From NCBI GenBank assembly GCA_964016885.1, contig OZ024740.1, forward strand, positions 371,938,001-372,002,000: 64,000 nt of DNA, read 5' to 3'. The notes beneath the pieces are model-generated. The model saw nothing but the letters and a program-made list of their open reading frames with translations, made no database searches and had not been told where the DNA came from. Each line of letters starts with the position of its first letter. Position 1 is the stretch's first letter. This DNA is from Eledone cirrhosa (taxonomy: Eukaryota). Position numbers and translations under genes: made by a program. Below are positions 12,681 through 24,876 of this stretch, one piece after another.

Positions 12681-12696
12681 TTAATCTGTTATTTTA

Positions 12697-12780
<84 letters not shown>

Positions 12781-13440
12781 TTAAGGATACTATTTATGGT
12801 TATGTATATACTAAAACCTTTTATAGTTATATATATATTATACCCTAAATAGTGAAAGACAGTAATTTATTACTATCTTATTACCAGTAAGATAAATAGC
12901 TCAATGTAACAACATCAGTTGTTTTACAGAGCAGTTATATAGAGATTACATGAAACAAAGTTCTGTTTAAATCATTTATCTGCTTACAATTGTTTCTTCC
13001 AAACCGAGGTTTGGAGTCTTCGGAGCAATTATTCAGTGATTTTTAACATACTTGACCTCCTTTTCAACACAAGAGACACATAGAAACATATGTATATATT
13101 GACCCACAGTGGGTTGACATCCGTTATAATAATATAGCATGGTAATTTACATACAAAGATTACAGTCATATTAAAGGACAAAATTAAAATTAAAATAAAA
13201 TATTGGCAGTCTACTAAGATAAAGCAAAAGGAAAGTTTGGAGTAGCCAGTGTATGCAACAGTCACACGTGTCCTATTTATACAAGATTATAGTGCGGCAG
13301 ATTGTTACAAGTAAAACAAGCAGTCAAAGCAGGCAATCAAGAGCATCATGGGGGTGAACTGGTTAAGCTTTATTTACACACACCTGTACGATATAGAAGC
13401 CCGTGTGTGGAGAAACAGCAAAAGTATCAAAAATATTACA

Positions 13441-13660
13441 AATTGGAAAATCTCAGTTTAAAGCTCGATGAAGTTGCACCTATGTAGTTAAAGGTAATAT
13501 TATTATTATTAAAGGTAATATTATTATTTACATTTATATACTAAGTTCTTATCAAGGCAGTTATTTTGCAAAGGGCAATCAGATCTTCTTCTACAGTTAC
13601 ATTTCAATTTTCTGTTATTTCTATAATCTTAACTGTTCGCATTATCATTGTCAATATTTA
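13441..13660 (-). pseudogene. Penelope-like GIY-YIG endonuclease fragment
   Basis: Minus strand reads CNCRRRSDCPLQNNCLDKNLVYKCK and NYIGATSSSFKLRFSN. Confidence 0.8.
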
Positions 13661-13767
13661 TATACCATAATACTTATGGTATATAAATATTGAGTTTTGT
13701 CATAACTAATCACTGCCAAAACTGGAATTGAACCATCAGCACAGTTGAGGTATGTCAGACATCAATT

Positions 13768-13833
13768 TATTTTATCTGATGAGGACGTAGTGATGAAACA
13801 GTTCAGTACCTCTGAAATATATATAATAAAATA
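13768..13833 (+). ncRNA. Type I minimal hammerhead ribozyme (PLE terminal)
   Basis: Stem I tattttat/ataaaata, CTGATGA at 13776-13782, GAAA at 13814-13817, palindromic tatata stem III, imperfect stem II. Confidence 0.65.
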
Positions 13834-13875
13834 TATTTGATCACATGAATGTCTATATTTATTAATATTTTGAAG

Positions 13876-13908
<33 letters not shown>

Positions 13909-13911
<3 letters not shown>

Positions 13912-14117
13912 GAAAAAGTATGACCCCGACGGCAGAGCTCAAACCGTTTCGACGGCTATTTCTGGACTAAATTCTAATTTCGTCCAGAAATAGTCGTCGA
14001 AACGGCTACAGCTCTGCTGTCGGGGTCATACTTTTTCCTATTTCACACTCTACTACCCTAAGTATTGAGTACTCTGGTGCGTTATGGTCCATCTGGTTCC
14101 TTACCACAATTCCTTTG

Positions 14118-14119
<2 letters not shown>
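13909..14119 (+). mobile_element. (TA)n-flanked fold-back element carrying the 3' half of a hammerhead
   Basis: Inverted arms about 13910-13972 and 13977-14038 plus a unique tail. GAAA-cggc..gctg-TC at 13999-14021. Confidence 0.7.
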
Positions 14120-14157
<38 letters not shown>

Positions 14158-15185
14158 CAGGAAAGAAGAGTGACATGGTTTGCTATACAAAAAAGGTTTT
14201 TAATCTCATTGCTGACAATTGTTTCTCTTAGCCAAGCGTTGATATCATCCCCTACCGGAGTACCATAACTGGACTACACTTAAGTGGACTACCTATAACA
14301 ATAATTTGTTACCCCGTATATATATATATATTTAAAAACATCTATATTGCTAACATGAGATGGAACATCCACCTGTTAAGTGAGATAAAATGTAATGGAT
14401 TGCATAATAATTTCGAACCTGTAGAAGGCGACAGTATGAAGCGAGTTATATCTATGTCTGTGGTTGGAGCTAAACACGATGCCAGTCTTCAGGGTTTCGC
14501 AAATAAGAGACCAGATGGTAGAAAAGAAACAAACAAAAAAAAAGCAACAACAAAAACATTTAATGAGCTACGTCAGAAAAAAATAATATTGTGTACACGT
14601 ATAGAACAAAGTGGAATTTACCTGGAAGATATAACAGAAACCTTAAATATTGATATTTACTTTCTTACGTTATATGATGAAATAGCATGTTAATAAATAA
14701 AAGAATATGTGAAAACTTGGGACAAGTAGATCGTTAGCTGAATGAAATAGAATAACTGATTCATCATTAGTTATTCATATCATGTTGTCAGCATATGTTG
14801 CTAATTTATCTAGACATATAAACAAGCATTGATAGATGTACGATCAGCGAAATTGATGGGTTTGATTCGCATCCTAAGCCGCTAATCCTGCAGCTAGACT
14901 GAATACGTTTGGATAGAGCTCGTATATGTATTTAGTGTATCATTAACTTGTTAGAGGTGTCGCTCAAAGAGAGGTGGAATCATTAAGGCAACTTATTCTA
15001 TGAGATATTAAATTCTTCAAGTAGTGTTGTTCATTCGTTATAAGATATAGAGTATTTGGATTTTATTAATAGAAAAGAAATTTGTTTTCATTGTGATATG
15101 ATTCCTGGTAGAAAGGCAATATTTCAATATTTATGAAATTTGTAATTATAATTTCTACAAAGGTGACAAAAAGGCAAAGCCTCTT

Positions 15186-15216
<31 letters not shown>

Positions 15217-15444
15217 TTATTATTATTCTTGGCGACCTACGTAGTAAATCGTATCATCGTGAGCTCCGCAAAGGTTTGTTGTTTTCTTTTGTTAACAATT
15301 GCCATTTATGGAAAATTTTTGTTGTTAACTGTATATAAGCGCACATACATTGTTTTCCGAAAGGGACACTAAAAAGGATTGGGGCCTTGAGCCCAAAATT
15401 TAAACTTTTATAATTATCAAACAAAAAGTTTTCTTTGAAACATC

Positions 15445-18100
15445 ATGACTGACTCAGATTCACTCCTTTCTCACAAACTAACACCTCACACCGACACCAC
15501 CATTGTAAATATTACTACGTTTGCCAACACTAAAGATATAAGCAGTAGCAATATTTTAAATTTGTCTCAGGCAGACATTCATTTCCCGCCATTACCAATG
15601 ACTGCAGGTGTTAAAGCCGCCACCACCACCGCCACCGCGACAACCAGCACCCACACCACCACCGCGACAACAGAAACAAAAGAAAAAATAAATTAACTCG
15701 TGATATCGAAATGAATTCAACCAAAATGAACTCTTCCATACCGAACACCACTGACGCCACCACCACCACAACTGAAACTAAAATTAATAATAACAAAAAT
15801 AACGATAACAACAGCAGCAACAATGACATTAAGAAAACCACCCTGAGTTTTGCCAGAGTAGCAAAACAGTGCGAAGCATTTCAGGTAACTCAGGAAGAAT
15901 TAGAAGAAGCCAAAAAAATGGTAAATAAAAATGGGTACAGGGTCAGCCTCACCCCCCTAAACCTAATAAAATGGAGCATCGGCACCTATGCACCGTGTCT
16001 TATCGAACAATTAATATAAAATCGCGCCGAGTGGAACGGGCATCCGAGTCCCAAATCCAAAAAGCTTTGGGACATGTGTGGGCAAAAGAAAACCCACATC
16101 AGACGTGGGCAGAAGTATAGAACCGTGGACGTGTTCTTTGAAACACCACAGGAGGCTAGAGAACACTCCATGGCCCCATTAAGAAGTGACGACTTCACAC
16201 TCGTCCCAAGCTATTGTGGCCAGAGACTTGTAAAGATCAGGGTCACCCACGTTCCACCGGCCATCGAAATTCCCTGGCTAATAGCTGCCGTCCTCGCCGG
16301 CATCGAAGCCAACACCAAGATAATAGAAATAGCGAAAGAAAAGCAGGAGAACTGGTCCGGATCTGGGATGGAGCTCCTGATCCAAGCGGATCTTAAAAGT
16401 ATTGAAGAGATCCCAGAGGTAATAGACCTCACTGACGGCAGCCACCTCACCGTAATTGTCGAGGGCAGAAGACCTAGGTGTGTCGTTTGTGGTGAAGGAA
16501 CCCACCTAAGGGCTTTCTGCCCTCAGGCTAAAAGGATGAGGCTACCTCTCCTACCCACCCCAGTGATTCAACCATCAACACCACCAGCAGCAGAAATGGC
16601 AGCAACAACCGTAGCAGCAACAACAGAAGCAACTGTAACAGCAACAACCCCAGCAACAGTAGCAAAACCAACACCACCACCACCACCCAACGCGCCAGAA
16701 CTAGCACTAGCGCCTACACCATCCACCACGCCACAACCAAAACAAACGCCTGTGGAGGATTTTCCACTCCCCGGCCTATCACAACTGGAGACAGATTGTG
16801 ACGACGAGGAGTGGGAAACGGTATCAAGAAAAAAAAAAAGAAACCAAAAAAGAAAAAATTCTCTTCCTTCCCCCTCCAAAAACAAAATACAGAGGGAAAC
16901 AAATAAATTAACAAACAAAAAAGTTAGGACAGATATGCCACCATCCACACCAGCATCACCAACCCCATCACCACAAACACCAACACCATCACCATCATTA
17001 ACCCCAACACCACCATCACCTACACCACAAAAGTCACCAAAATGCGAAACAGAAACAAACCCACAACAAACGCAAACAAAACAAAACAACCCAAACGATA
17101 CACACTACACAGCATTAAATTTGAACAACAAGCAATTATTACACTACATCCAACACAACACCAGTATCACAGAAAAAGACTAATTGTCGAGGGCAGAAGA
17201 CCTAGGTGTGTCGTTTGTGGTGAAGGAACCCACCTAAGGGCTTTCTGCTCTCAGGCTAAAAGGTTGAAGCCACCTCTCTTACCCACCCAGTGACTCAACC
17301 ATCAACACCACCAGCAGCAGAAATAGCAGCAACAACTGTAGCAGCAAGAACAGAAGCAACTGTAACAGCAACAACCCCAGCAACAGTAGCAAAACCAACA
17401 CCACCACCACCCAACGCCTCAGAGCTAGCACCAGCGCCTACACCATCCACCACGCCACAACCAAAACCAACGCCTGTGGAGAATTTTCCACTCCCCGGCT
17501 TATCGCAACTGGAGACAGATTGTGACGACGAGGAGTGGGAAACGGTATCAGGAAAAAAGAAAAAAAAAGAAACCAAAAAAGAAAAAAACAAAATACAGAG
17601 GGAAACAAATAAATTATCGAAAAAGAAAGTTAACACAGATATGCCACCATCCACACCAGCATCACCAACCCCATCACCACAAACACCAACACCATCACAT
17701 CATTAACCCCAACACCACCATCACTAACACCACAAAAGTCACCAAAAAGCATAACAGAAACAAACCCACAACAAACACAAACAAAACAAAACAACCCAAA
17801 CGATACACACTACACAGCATTAAATTTGAACAACAACCAATTATTACACTACATGCAATACAACACCAGCATCACAGAAAAAGACTACACAACAACCCAA
17901 AATTCACACCCCCTCCACACATACAAATCACTCGCATCACACAGAAAACGTACACGACACTAAAACAAAAATTCCCCAAAGACATCGGAGACTTCCGACA
18001 AACACTCTCCAGGAGGATTTATAAGGACATCCTTCCGGAGGAGGCCACAAGCAGTGAAAAGGATGGACAAGCCATCCTTCCCCTACGAGAAGTAAGGTAA
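15445..18100 (+). pseudogene. LINE ORF1 (gag-like, CCHC zinc knuckle), frameshifted, with internal duplication
   Basis: SFARVAK, VEGRRPRCVVCGEGTHLRAFC, Pro/Thr-rich linker, WETVSRKKKR. Longest open piece is 16074-17183. Confidence 0.8.
16453..17885 (+). repeat. Tandem duplication of about 720 bp inside ORF1
   Basis: taattgtcgagggcagaagacc starts at 16453 and 17181; both units end at agaaaaagac. Confidence 0.9.
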
Positions 18101-20798
18101 GTGGTCTTTCCCATCTTTCCACTCCATTTCAACATCACCTCACTCAGAATAGGCAGCATAAATGCGCGTGGCTTGGGGTCGTCATGGAAGCAGGGCCACC
18201 TGCTCAACGACCTCAGGTCACCAAACATAGATGTAGTGGCCATCAGCGAGACCAGAATCTCCGAAGCACGGGCCTTCGCACCGATCTTCGGCGGCTACGA
18301 TGTGTACGCATCTCCCAGCCGTCCGGGATGGGGGGGGGGAGTTGCTGTGGTTTTTCGGAGAGGTTTGGATCTCGCCATACGGGCCATCTTCCTGGACCCA
18401 GAAGGTAAGTTGGTGGTGCTAGACGTGACCAGCGGAGACGGGCAAGCTTTCAGGCGAGTGGCCGTCTATGCACCGACAGCAGCAGGGCGGCCTGATTTCT
18501 TCTGGCGTCTGGAGACCTTTCTTGGAACGTCCCGCTCTTTAGTCTTAGTGGGCGACTGGAACGGTCTCTTAGATGCACGCTGGGACTGTGTGGGATTAGC
18601 GGATAGGGGAGGAGGGTGCAAGAGCCTCACCAACCTGCTCAGGCGTTTTGAACTGTCTGACAGGTACCGATTTGATTTCCCGAATGTGCCAATGTGGACT
18701 TGGACAAATCGCATAGGGTCATCCAGATCATATCTAGATAGAGTATTTTGTAGAGAAATAGATAGGTCTAGCATAGGCTGTCCACAATTCAAGATAGTCA
18801 GCTATACGGACCACAAATTCGTGATCTGTATACTTGACTTAGATTGGCTTCATAGACGAGGACCCGGCTACTGGAAGCTAAACGCGTCCTTACCAGCGCG
18901 CAAGGCCTACAGAGACCGTATTAGCGAACTAGTTAAGAGGGCGTTGACGGGGGCCATCGTCAACAACAAGTGGTGGTTTGCTCTGAAAAGAGCAATTAGA
19001 ATAGAGTCCATTAGGTTTAGTAAGGCCTTAGCAATAGACAAAAATAGAGCAGAGGGAGAATTAGTTAGAAAGTTAGACGAGGCGCTTAGCAAAGGCATCG
19101 CGACCGACGTGCTTGCGGCGAAATTGGCCCTTGACCAATTCTTCAATGCAAAGCACGAAGGCTGCGTTGTTAGAGCTAGGGTGCGCGCTCTCAGACACGA
19201 GGGGACGAAAGCCGTTCAAGATTTTGGCCAAGGTGCTAGCAAAGAGGTTGGCGCTTGTCGTTGGTGGTCTGGTGGGAGAGTCGCAGACATGCGCCATTCC
19301 CGACAGATCCATCCACGACAACCTCCACCTCATGCGATACATCGTAGAGAGGGTAGCTAGGGAACCTGGGACGGGTGGGTCCTTGATCAATTTAGATCAG
19401 GCGAAAGCTTTCGATAGGGTCGACCATCGTTACCTTGCGGCAGTCCTGAGAGCGGTTGGCTTTGGGCCCGTCTTCAGAGGCTGGATCGCTGCCATGCACA
19501 GCGACATCTGCTCTGTGGTAAGCGTGAACGGTCATCTTTCAGAACCGTTCAACATCATGCGCTCGGTCTGCTAAGGATGTCCCCTCTCGTCCCTCTTGTA
19601 CGTATGGACTCTCGAGCCATTACTACACACACTGGAGACGTTAAGGGGCGTCCCGTGCGAACTAGGATGCTGAAGATCCGCGTCAGCATATGCGGACGAT
19701 GTCACCGTAGTGGTGTCGAACGTCAAACACATCGAGGCGATCGGCACTACACTAAGAGAATACGAAGCGGTGACAAGAGCAATGATCAACCAGGAAAAGT
19801 CAGTGGGCCTGCAGCTCGGCACCTGGAGAGGCAGGTCCATGCCGTCCAACAGCGTCGTCGGACGCTGGACGGACGGACCGGTTAAATTGCTAGGGGTCTG
19901 GTTCGGTCCGGACCTCCAGACGGACAAAAACTGGGACGAGGTGACGAGCAGGGTGGCTTCTCTCACCCAGAAATGGGCGGAGAGCAAACTATCCCTGAAA
20001 AGTCGAGCGGAGGTGGCTAACGCGTACATCGCGTCTGTCATCTGCTACCGCCTGACCGTCGTACCTTGTCCTAAGCCCCGCCTGACTGCGATGGAGCGTT
20101 TTCTCTTTCGCTTTTTGTGGAAGGGACGTGCTCCGATGGTCAGGCGGTCCATCTGCTGTCAACACCCGCTACGTGGTGGGCTGGGAATGCTGTGGCTGAT
20201 GATGCGTAGACACGCGCTCAGGCTACGACATCTCCACCTCTTCCTCGACGGTGATCAGGTGTGGTCGCCGTTTGCTAGACACGTATTTCCCCAGCTCGTT
20301 TCCTTGACGGAGCTGCAGTCCTGGGTCAAGCGAAGACCGAGAGGGAACGCCTGGAGACTGGAATGTCTTCAGGCGCTCACAGCCCTCGACCAATCGGGCA
20401 ATGTGTTCGGTGGAAACTCCACCTTGGCGTTCTATAGGGGATTAGTGGAGGGGAAGAGCGACGACGTACTTGGAGAAACTCTGGGCGTCGACGAAAATCA
20501 ACTAGCCAATCTCTTCGGAAGGACTTTCCGGCCGGGGCCTATGGACAACTTCCAGAAATCCCTGGCCTGGCAGTGCTACCGGGGAGCTTTGCCAGTTCGG
20601 GATAAACTCTACAGGCATGGAGGTGCCGTTAGCCGGGCATGTCCGAGATGCGCACAGGGCGACGAAACCGTCCTGCACGCACTCGTCCAGTGTCCGAGCA
20701 TTGCTGACTTGTGGATTTATGTCGAACACCTGCTGTCACGTGTAGGACGGATCCAGCTATCAGAATGGGCCTTCTCTGAGTATGTGTCTGTAAATTAA
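18101..20798 (+). pseudogene. LINE ORF2 (APE endonuclease, RT, zf-RVT) with internal deletion, frameshift and stops
   Basis: SINARGL, ISET, AVYAP, LVGDWN, YLDR, YTDH, then a jump at about 19215 to KILAKVLAKRL, LDQAKAFDRVDH, AYADDV and CPRC..ETVLHALVQC. Confidence 0.92.
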
Positions 20799-21080
20799 AG
20801 GTGGAAAACTGGGAGAAGGCACTTGCCCTGGTGGTCAGGGTCACTGTGGTCTTTTGATGGGCTTTCTCCACAAATGTCCCTCGGAAGTCTCCCCCCCCTA
20901 TTGGGGAATTTTTCTTTGTTATTTTATTACATCCTCTGTTTTTTTACACGCAGAAATGCCCATTTGTACCGTCCTGTATTGTCCTGTACTGTCCTTAATG
21001 TCTACTTTATGTAAACCCTTGTGGTTAATAAAGAAAACATTATTATTATTATTGTTATTATTATTACTATTATTATTATT

Positions 21081-21290
21081 GGGCGGGGGTGGAATAGTCC
21101 CCAGGCACACCTTCCAGCGGGTCCTGTCAGATGCAACTATCCCCAATTGATCCGCCTGGATCCCCAATTGAGACCAGTGGAACTCATGGATGTTATCCAA
21201 ACATCTTGTTCGGAGTTTACCCCTGCGTCTCATGCTAGTTGGATTTAAATCTGTCAAGCGATTCATCCCTGAGATATTGCATGTCTGTAA
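21081..21290 (-). pseudogene. RTE/RTE-X 3' end fragment with (AAT)n tail
   Basis: RRRGKLRTRCLDNI..VASDRTRWK is a typical RTE C-terminus; (AAT)n follows on the minus strand. Confidence 0.7.
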
Positions 21291-21729
21291 TATCGCTTGT
21301 ATTCGCGATCGTATTCTTTCGATTATTACCCAAGATTCATGAACATAGGTAAGTTTTGGCAGGAATACCGAATTGAAGATAGCGGGTTTGGCTTTTACAT
21401 CTACCCCCCCCCCCCCCTCTGATCAATGAAGGCAGAAGCCGGCGTATTACTTCACAAGCTACTGTAATTCTTGCTCTTAATTCAGTGAACATAACCTTAA
21501 TATGCTTAATTCGTGAACATAACCTTAATATGCTTAAACGTCTTAAGTACATATACCCCTGTACATCATTTACTAACAATAAGATATACTTGTTCTATAG
21601 CCGAAACATCACCTCAGAGACAGATGGTAGGTTGATTCACTCGTTTGGATAATTATGATGCTATTTGAGCAGATGCTATTACAGATATTTTCTTAAAGCA
21701 TGCACATTAAAACTTTTATTACTAACTTC

Positions 21730-21850
21730 GAAAATTATGAGCCAATATTGCTGATGACACAAAAATTGCAGGTATTATTTCTGAGGCTAAACATAGAATA
21801 ATAATCATGACAAATATATTGAAATGTTGTCTAAATCAATGCTAAAGAAA
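21730..21850 (+). pseudogene. CR1-like RT remnant
   Basis: gctgatgacacaaaaattgcagg translates ADDTKIAG. Confidence 0.35.
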
Positions 21851-22328
21851 AACTGAAGAAAAAAAAACACATAAAAGCAACACAACTCGCCAGTACTTTT
21901 GAAAGGAAACTTGGAAGGTGTATGAAAAAGAAGTCGATTTAAATTAAAAAAAAGATAAATGTATTATTTATGTTTACGTAGTAATATCTTGATGTGTGAT
22001 CAAAGTTTGTGTTATGACAAAAGAAACAGGATACTATCTACAATATCTATATATCTATACCTTTTTCTCAATGCCACTCTTTCTATATATTTCTCATCTC
22101 TTTAGATATGCACACGCTAATTTACGCTCATCTATATGCATACATACATGCATACATACATACATACACACATATACACATACATACATGCAGTTATACA
22201 TGCATACATGCATATATACATAGATATGTATGTGCAAGGTAAACAGAAATAACAAAAAAATAACAAAGCAAATGATACAGTACATGGAAGAAGTATATTA
22301 GTTTAACGCTTGAAATAACAGGAAGAGA

Positions 22329-22366
22329 GTCTTAACCTTTCGGACGCTAGTTCTTCTTCAGGAGAT
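22329..22366 (-). ncRNA. Degenerate minimal hammerhead at a probable PLE 3' end
   Basis: atctc-CTGAAGA-a-gaac-tagc-gtcc-GAAA-gg-TT-aagac. The upstream minus frame DKRTHELIS resembles PLE C-termini. Confidence 0.5.
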
Positions 22367-22648
22367 AAAGTTAGAAATAGAAGACAAATAGAAAGTGAAG
22401 AGTGATGAGAAAAAGGAAGGGCAAAATGAGAAAAAAATGATGAGACGAAAATTAAAAACAAAATAAGAATTTGATTTTTCGCAGATGCGGAAATTAATTC
22501 GTGAGTTCTTTTATCGAATAATAATATTTCTAACTTTTGGCAAAGCGGGTCGTAAAATCGGCTGATATACAAATTAGGCTTATCAACCGATGTATACTTT
22601 AGAGAATACTATATATTCTCAAGAGTTCTAGTGTGAGAAGAGAGATAC

Positions 22649-22698
22649 ACAATTTTGACAAATAGCAATAACCCAGAAACAATATTATTGTCGATTGT
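22649..22698 (+). ncRNA. Hammerhead-like motif with TTGACAA core; family shared with 50494-50534
   Basis: Stem I acaatt/gattgt, GAAA, stem III acaata/tattgt, GUC site, weak stem II. Upstream atcarccgatgtatactttaga is shared with about 50425. Confidence 0.5.
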
Positions 22699-23137
22699 TC
22701 CTCTCTGTCACCGCTAGAACAAAAAGAATGACGATGGTCATCTAAAGAACTGCGTAGGAGGCTGTTTGCTTGCAAACGAATCGAACATTGCTGTTAATCG
22801 ATATAAAACTGACGAATGCATATCATTACGACAACAGAAGTCTGATGAGCTTTTGATTCCATATTTATATAACATTAGCAGAATGGCCCGGCGTTGATCG
22901 GGAATTGCTCTAGGGTTCTTATATATTTGATATATTTTTATCCTTATTGAGCCTCGTGAAATAAATACGTTTGTTTATATTTTGTTATTGTGTAGCAAAA
23001 AATATCTGTACACGAATATATAATTATATACATATATTAAAATATATAATTATATACATATATTATACATAATTATATACGAATATATAATTATATACAT
23101 ATATTAAAATAACAGATTTAACAGGTTTAACAATAAC

Positions 23138-23188
23138 AGTTTAAGCAAAGAATCGCTGCTTTCACCCTTAACGGGATCTTCTGAAATA
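23138..23188 (-). ncRNA. Hammerhead-like motif with CAGAAGA core (second copy)
   Basis: ttt-CAGAAGA-t-ccc-gttaa-ggg-t-GAAA-gca..tgc-TT-aaa. Confidence 0.55.
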
Positions 23189-23644
23189 AAAAAAATCAAT
23201 CAGAAGTGAATATTTCGAAAAACGTTACACACTATATACACAGACACACTATATATACATATATATATACACACACACAGATAGCGACGTCATAATGTCG
23301 TATTGCAGACAGCCAGACATGCAGACAGATATTATAAGGGCGCAACGTTATATCTATGTATCTATCTAAAAAGGAGACTAAGAATTATAGAGAGAGATCG
23401 CTAAATCGCCTAATGCGGTCCTTAGGTCATTGAAAATTTGAATTCCTTTTTGCTCAAAACACTCACACGGCCATAAGTATTAAATGTGTAAAGTTTGAAA
23501 ACAATCGGTTGGGTGGTTCTCGAGTTTTATGGAGTCAGACAGATAGACATTCTCTGTTTTAGATATATAGATGAGCTACAATTCGAAGTATTTTCGAAAA
23601 AAAACAAAAACAAAAACAAACGCTAAGGTCTATTTTCATAATGA

Positions 23645-23655
23645 TATATATATGT

Positions 23656-23730
<75 letters not shown>

Positions 23731-24436
23731 TGTGTGTGAGAAAGAGAGAGTGAGAGAGAGAGAGTGAAAAAGAGAGAGAGAGCGAGTGTGTGTGTCTGAT
23801 GACACACATACTGCATTAATTTCCATAACGGTCGAGTCAAATTTTCGGTGAATAGATCTTCATTTGGAAGAAAGTTTCATTACGTTAGGGCCAATGAATC
23901 TCATCTCCAAATTACGAGAAAACGGATTTAACTTCCAAATCATGCAAAAACAATTTCTTTTTCAGAAAACGGAATGATTTGGCTGCTATTTCTAGCATAT
24001 TGAATTCCGAAAAAATATACGTTTCCTGTTCGAAAAACGGAAGGCTTAGGGTTAGGGAATCCCACGAAAAAAAAATATATAGTATATTTTTTAAAGAAAA
24101 TTTTTTCGGGAGGGGAAAATCTGAAAGCACGCCTTCTCCTCTTCCAGGGAAAAATCATTTGCAGCATAGTCGGAGATGAGATTAATTGATAGCTCACGAA
24201 CAAACCGAGCGAAAATAACTATTTCCCACAAAAATCGAGAGGATGTTCTAAGAATTTACCGAAGAATTTTTACCATAATTTACGTTCATGAGGTTTCTAT
24301 ATCAAATCTCACAGAATTTGTTATACCAATAATATTAGAATCACTAATCACAATAAGTATTAAGAAAATATATCAAGTTTTGAATAAATTTTTATTATTT
24401 TCTTTAACCCAGGTAACGCCGGGTACTTCTGCTAGT
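23645..24436 (+). mobile_element. Non-autonomous Helitron-like element
   Basis: 3' hairpin acccaggtaacgccgggt followed by CTAG(t) at about 24432-24436, with a microsatellite near the 5' end. A Helitron-like 5' end on the minus strand also occurs at about 23572. The 5' boundary is uncertain. Confidence 0.55.
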
Positions 24437-24533
24437 ATATATATATATATATATATATATAAAGAAAAATAGATGAAATCGAATATGCAACTGGAGTCTT
24501 ATTTAAAAAAAAAATATATATATTTATTTGGTT

Positions 24534-24571
24534 CCTTTACCGGTTTCGCAGTTCTTCTGCTTTTCAAAAGG
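24534..24571 (-). ncRNA. Minimal hammerhead, U3-A8 core (left arm)
   Basis: Exact reverse complement of 24624-24661. Confidence 0.7.
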
Positions 24572-24623
24572 TGAGTTGAGATGGAGGGTCTATGGTTTTT
24601 CACAGACCCTCCATCTCAACTCA

Positions 24624-24661
24624 CCTTTTGAAAAGCAGAAGAACTGCGAAACCGGTAAAGG
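24624..24661 (+). ncRNA. Minimal hammerhead, U3-A8 core (right arm)
   Basis: cctt-TTGAAAA-gcag-aagaa-ctgc-GAAA-ccgg-TA-aagg. Confidence 0.7.
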
Positions 24662-24792
24662 AACCAAATAAATATATATATTTAAAAAAAAAATAAGACT
24701 CCAGTTGCATTTTCGATTTCATCTCTTTTTCTTTATACTTTCACTCGTGTAGGACACCTCGGTTATTTTTCATTTTGTAAAAAAAACCTCAC

Positions 24793-24872
<80 letters not shown>

Positions 24873-24876
<4 letters not shown>

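Larger units (their letters stand above)
15229..21037 (+). mobile_element. Near full-length, disabled Tx1/L1-clade LINE
   Basis: ORF1 with zinc knuckle, ORF2 with APE, RT and zf-RVT, aataaa at about 21027. Flanked by (TTC/TTA)n and (ATT)n. Confidence 0.9.
24457..24798. mobile_element. Palindromic fold-back element (arms about 135 bp) in (TA)n with two opposed hammerheads
   Basis: 24457-24591 is the near-perfect reverse complement of 24604-24737; unique tail to about 24798. Confidence 0.9.

Noticed and set aside
22842-22890. CTGATGA-gct..agc motif
   Set aside because: No proper GAAA or closing stems I and III.
24457-24737. Palindromes as MITEs or miRNA precursors
   Set aside because: Arms are asymmetric (unique tail on one side), carry HHRs, and one family matches a Penelope terminus. 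A fold-back PLE origin fits better.
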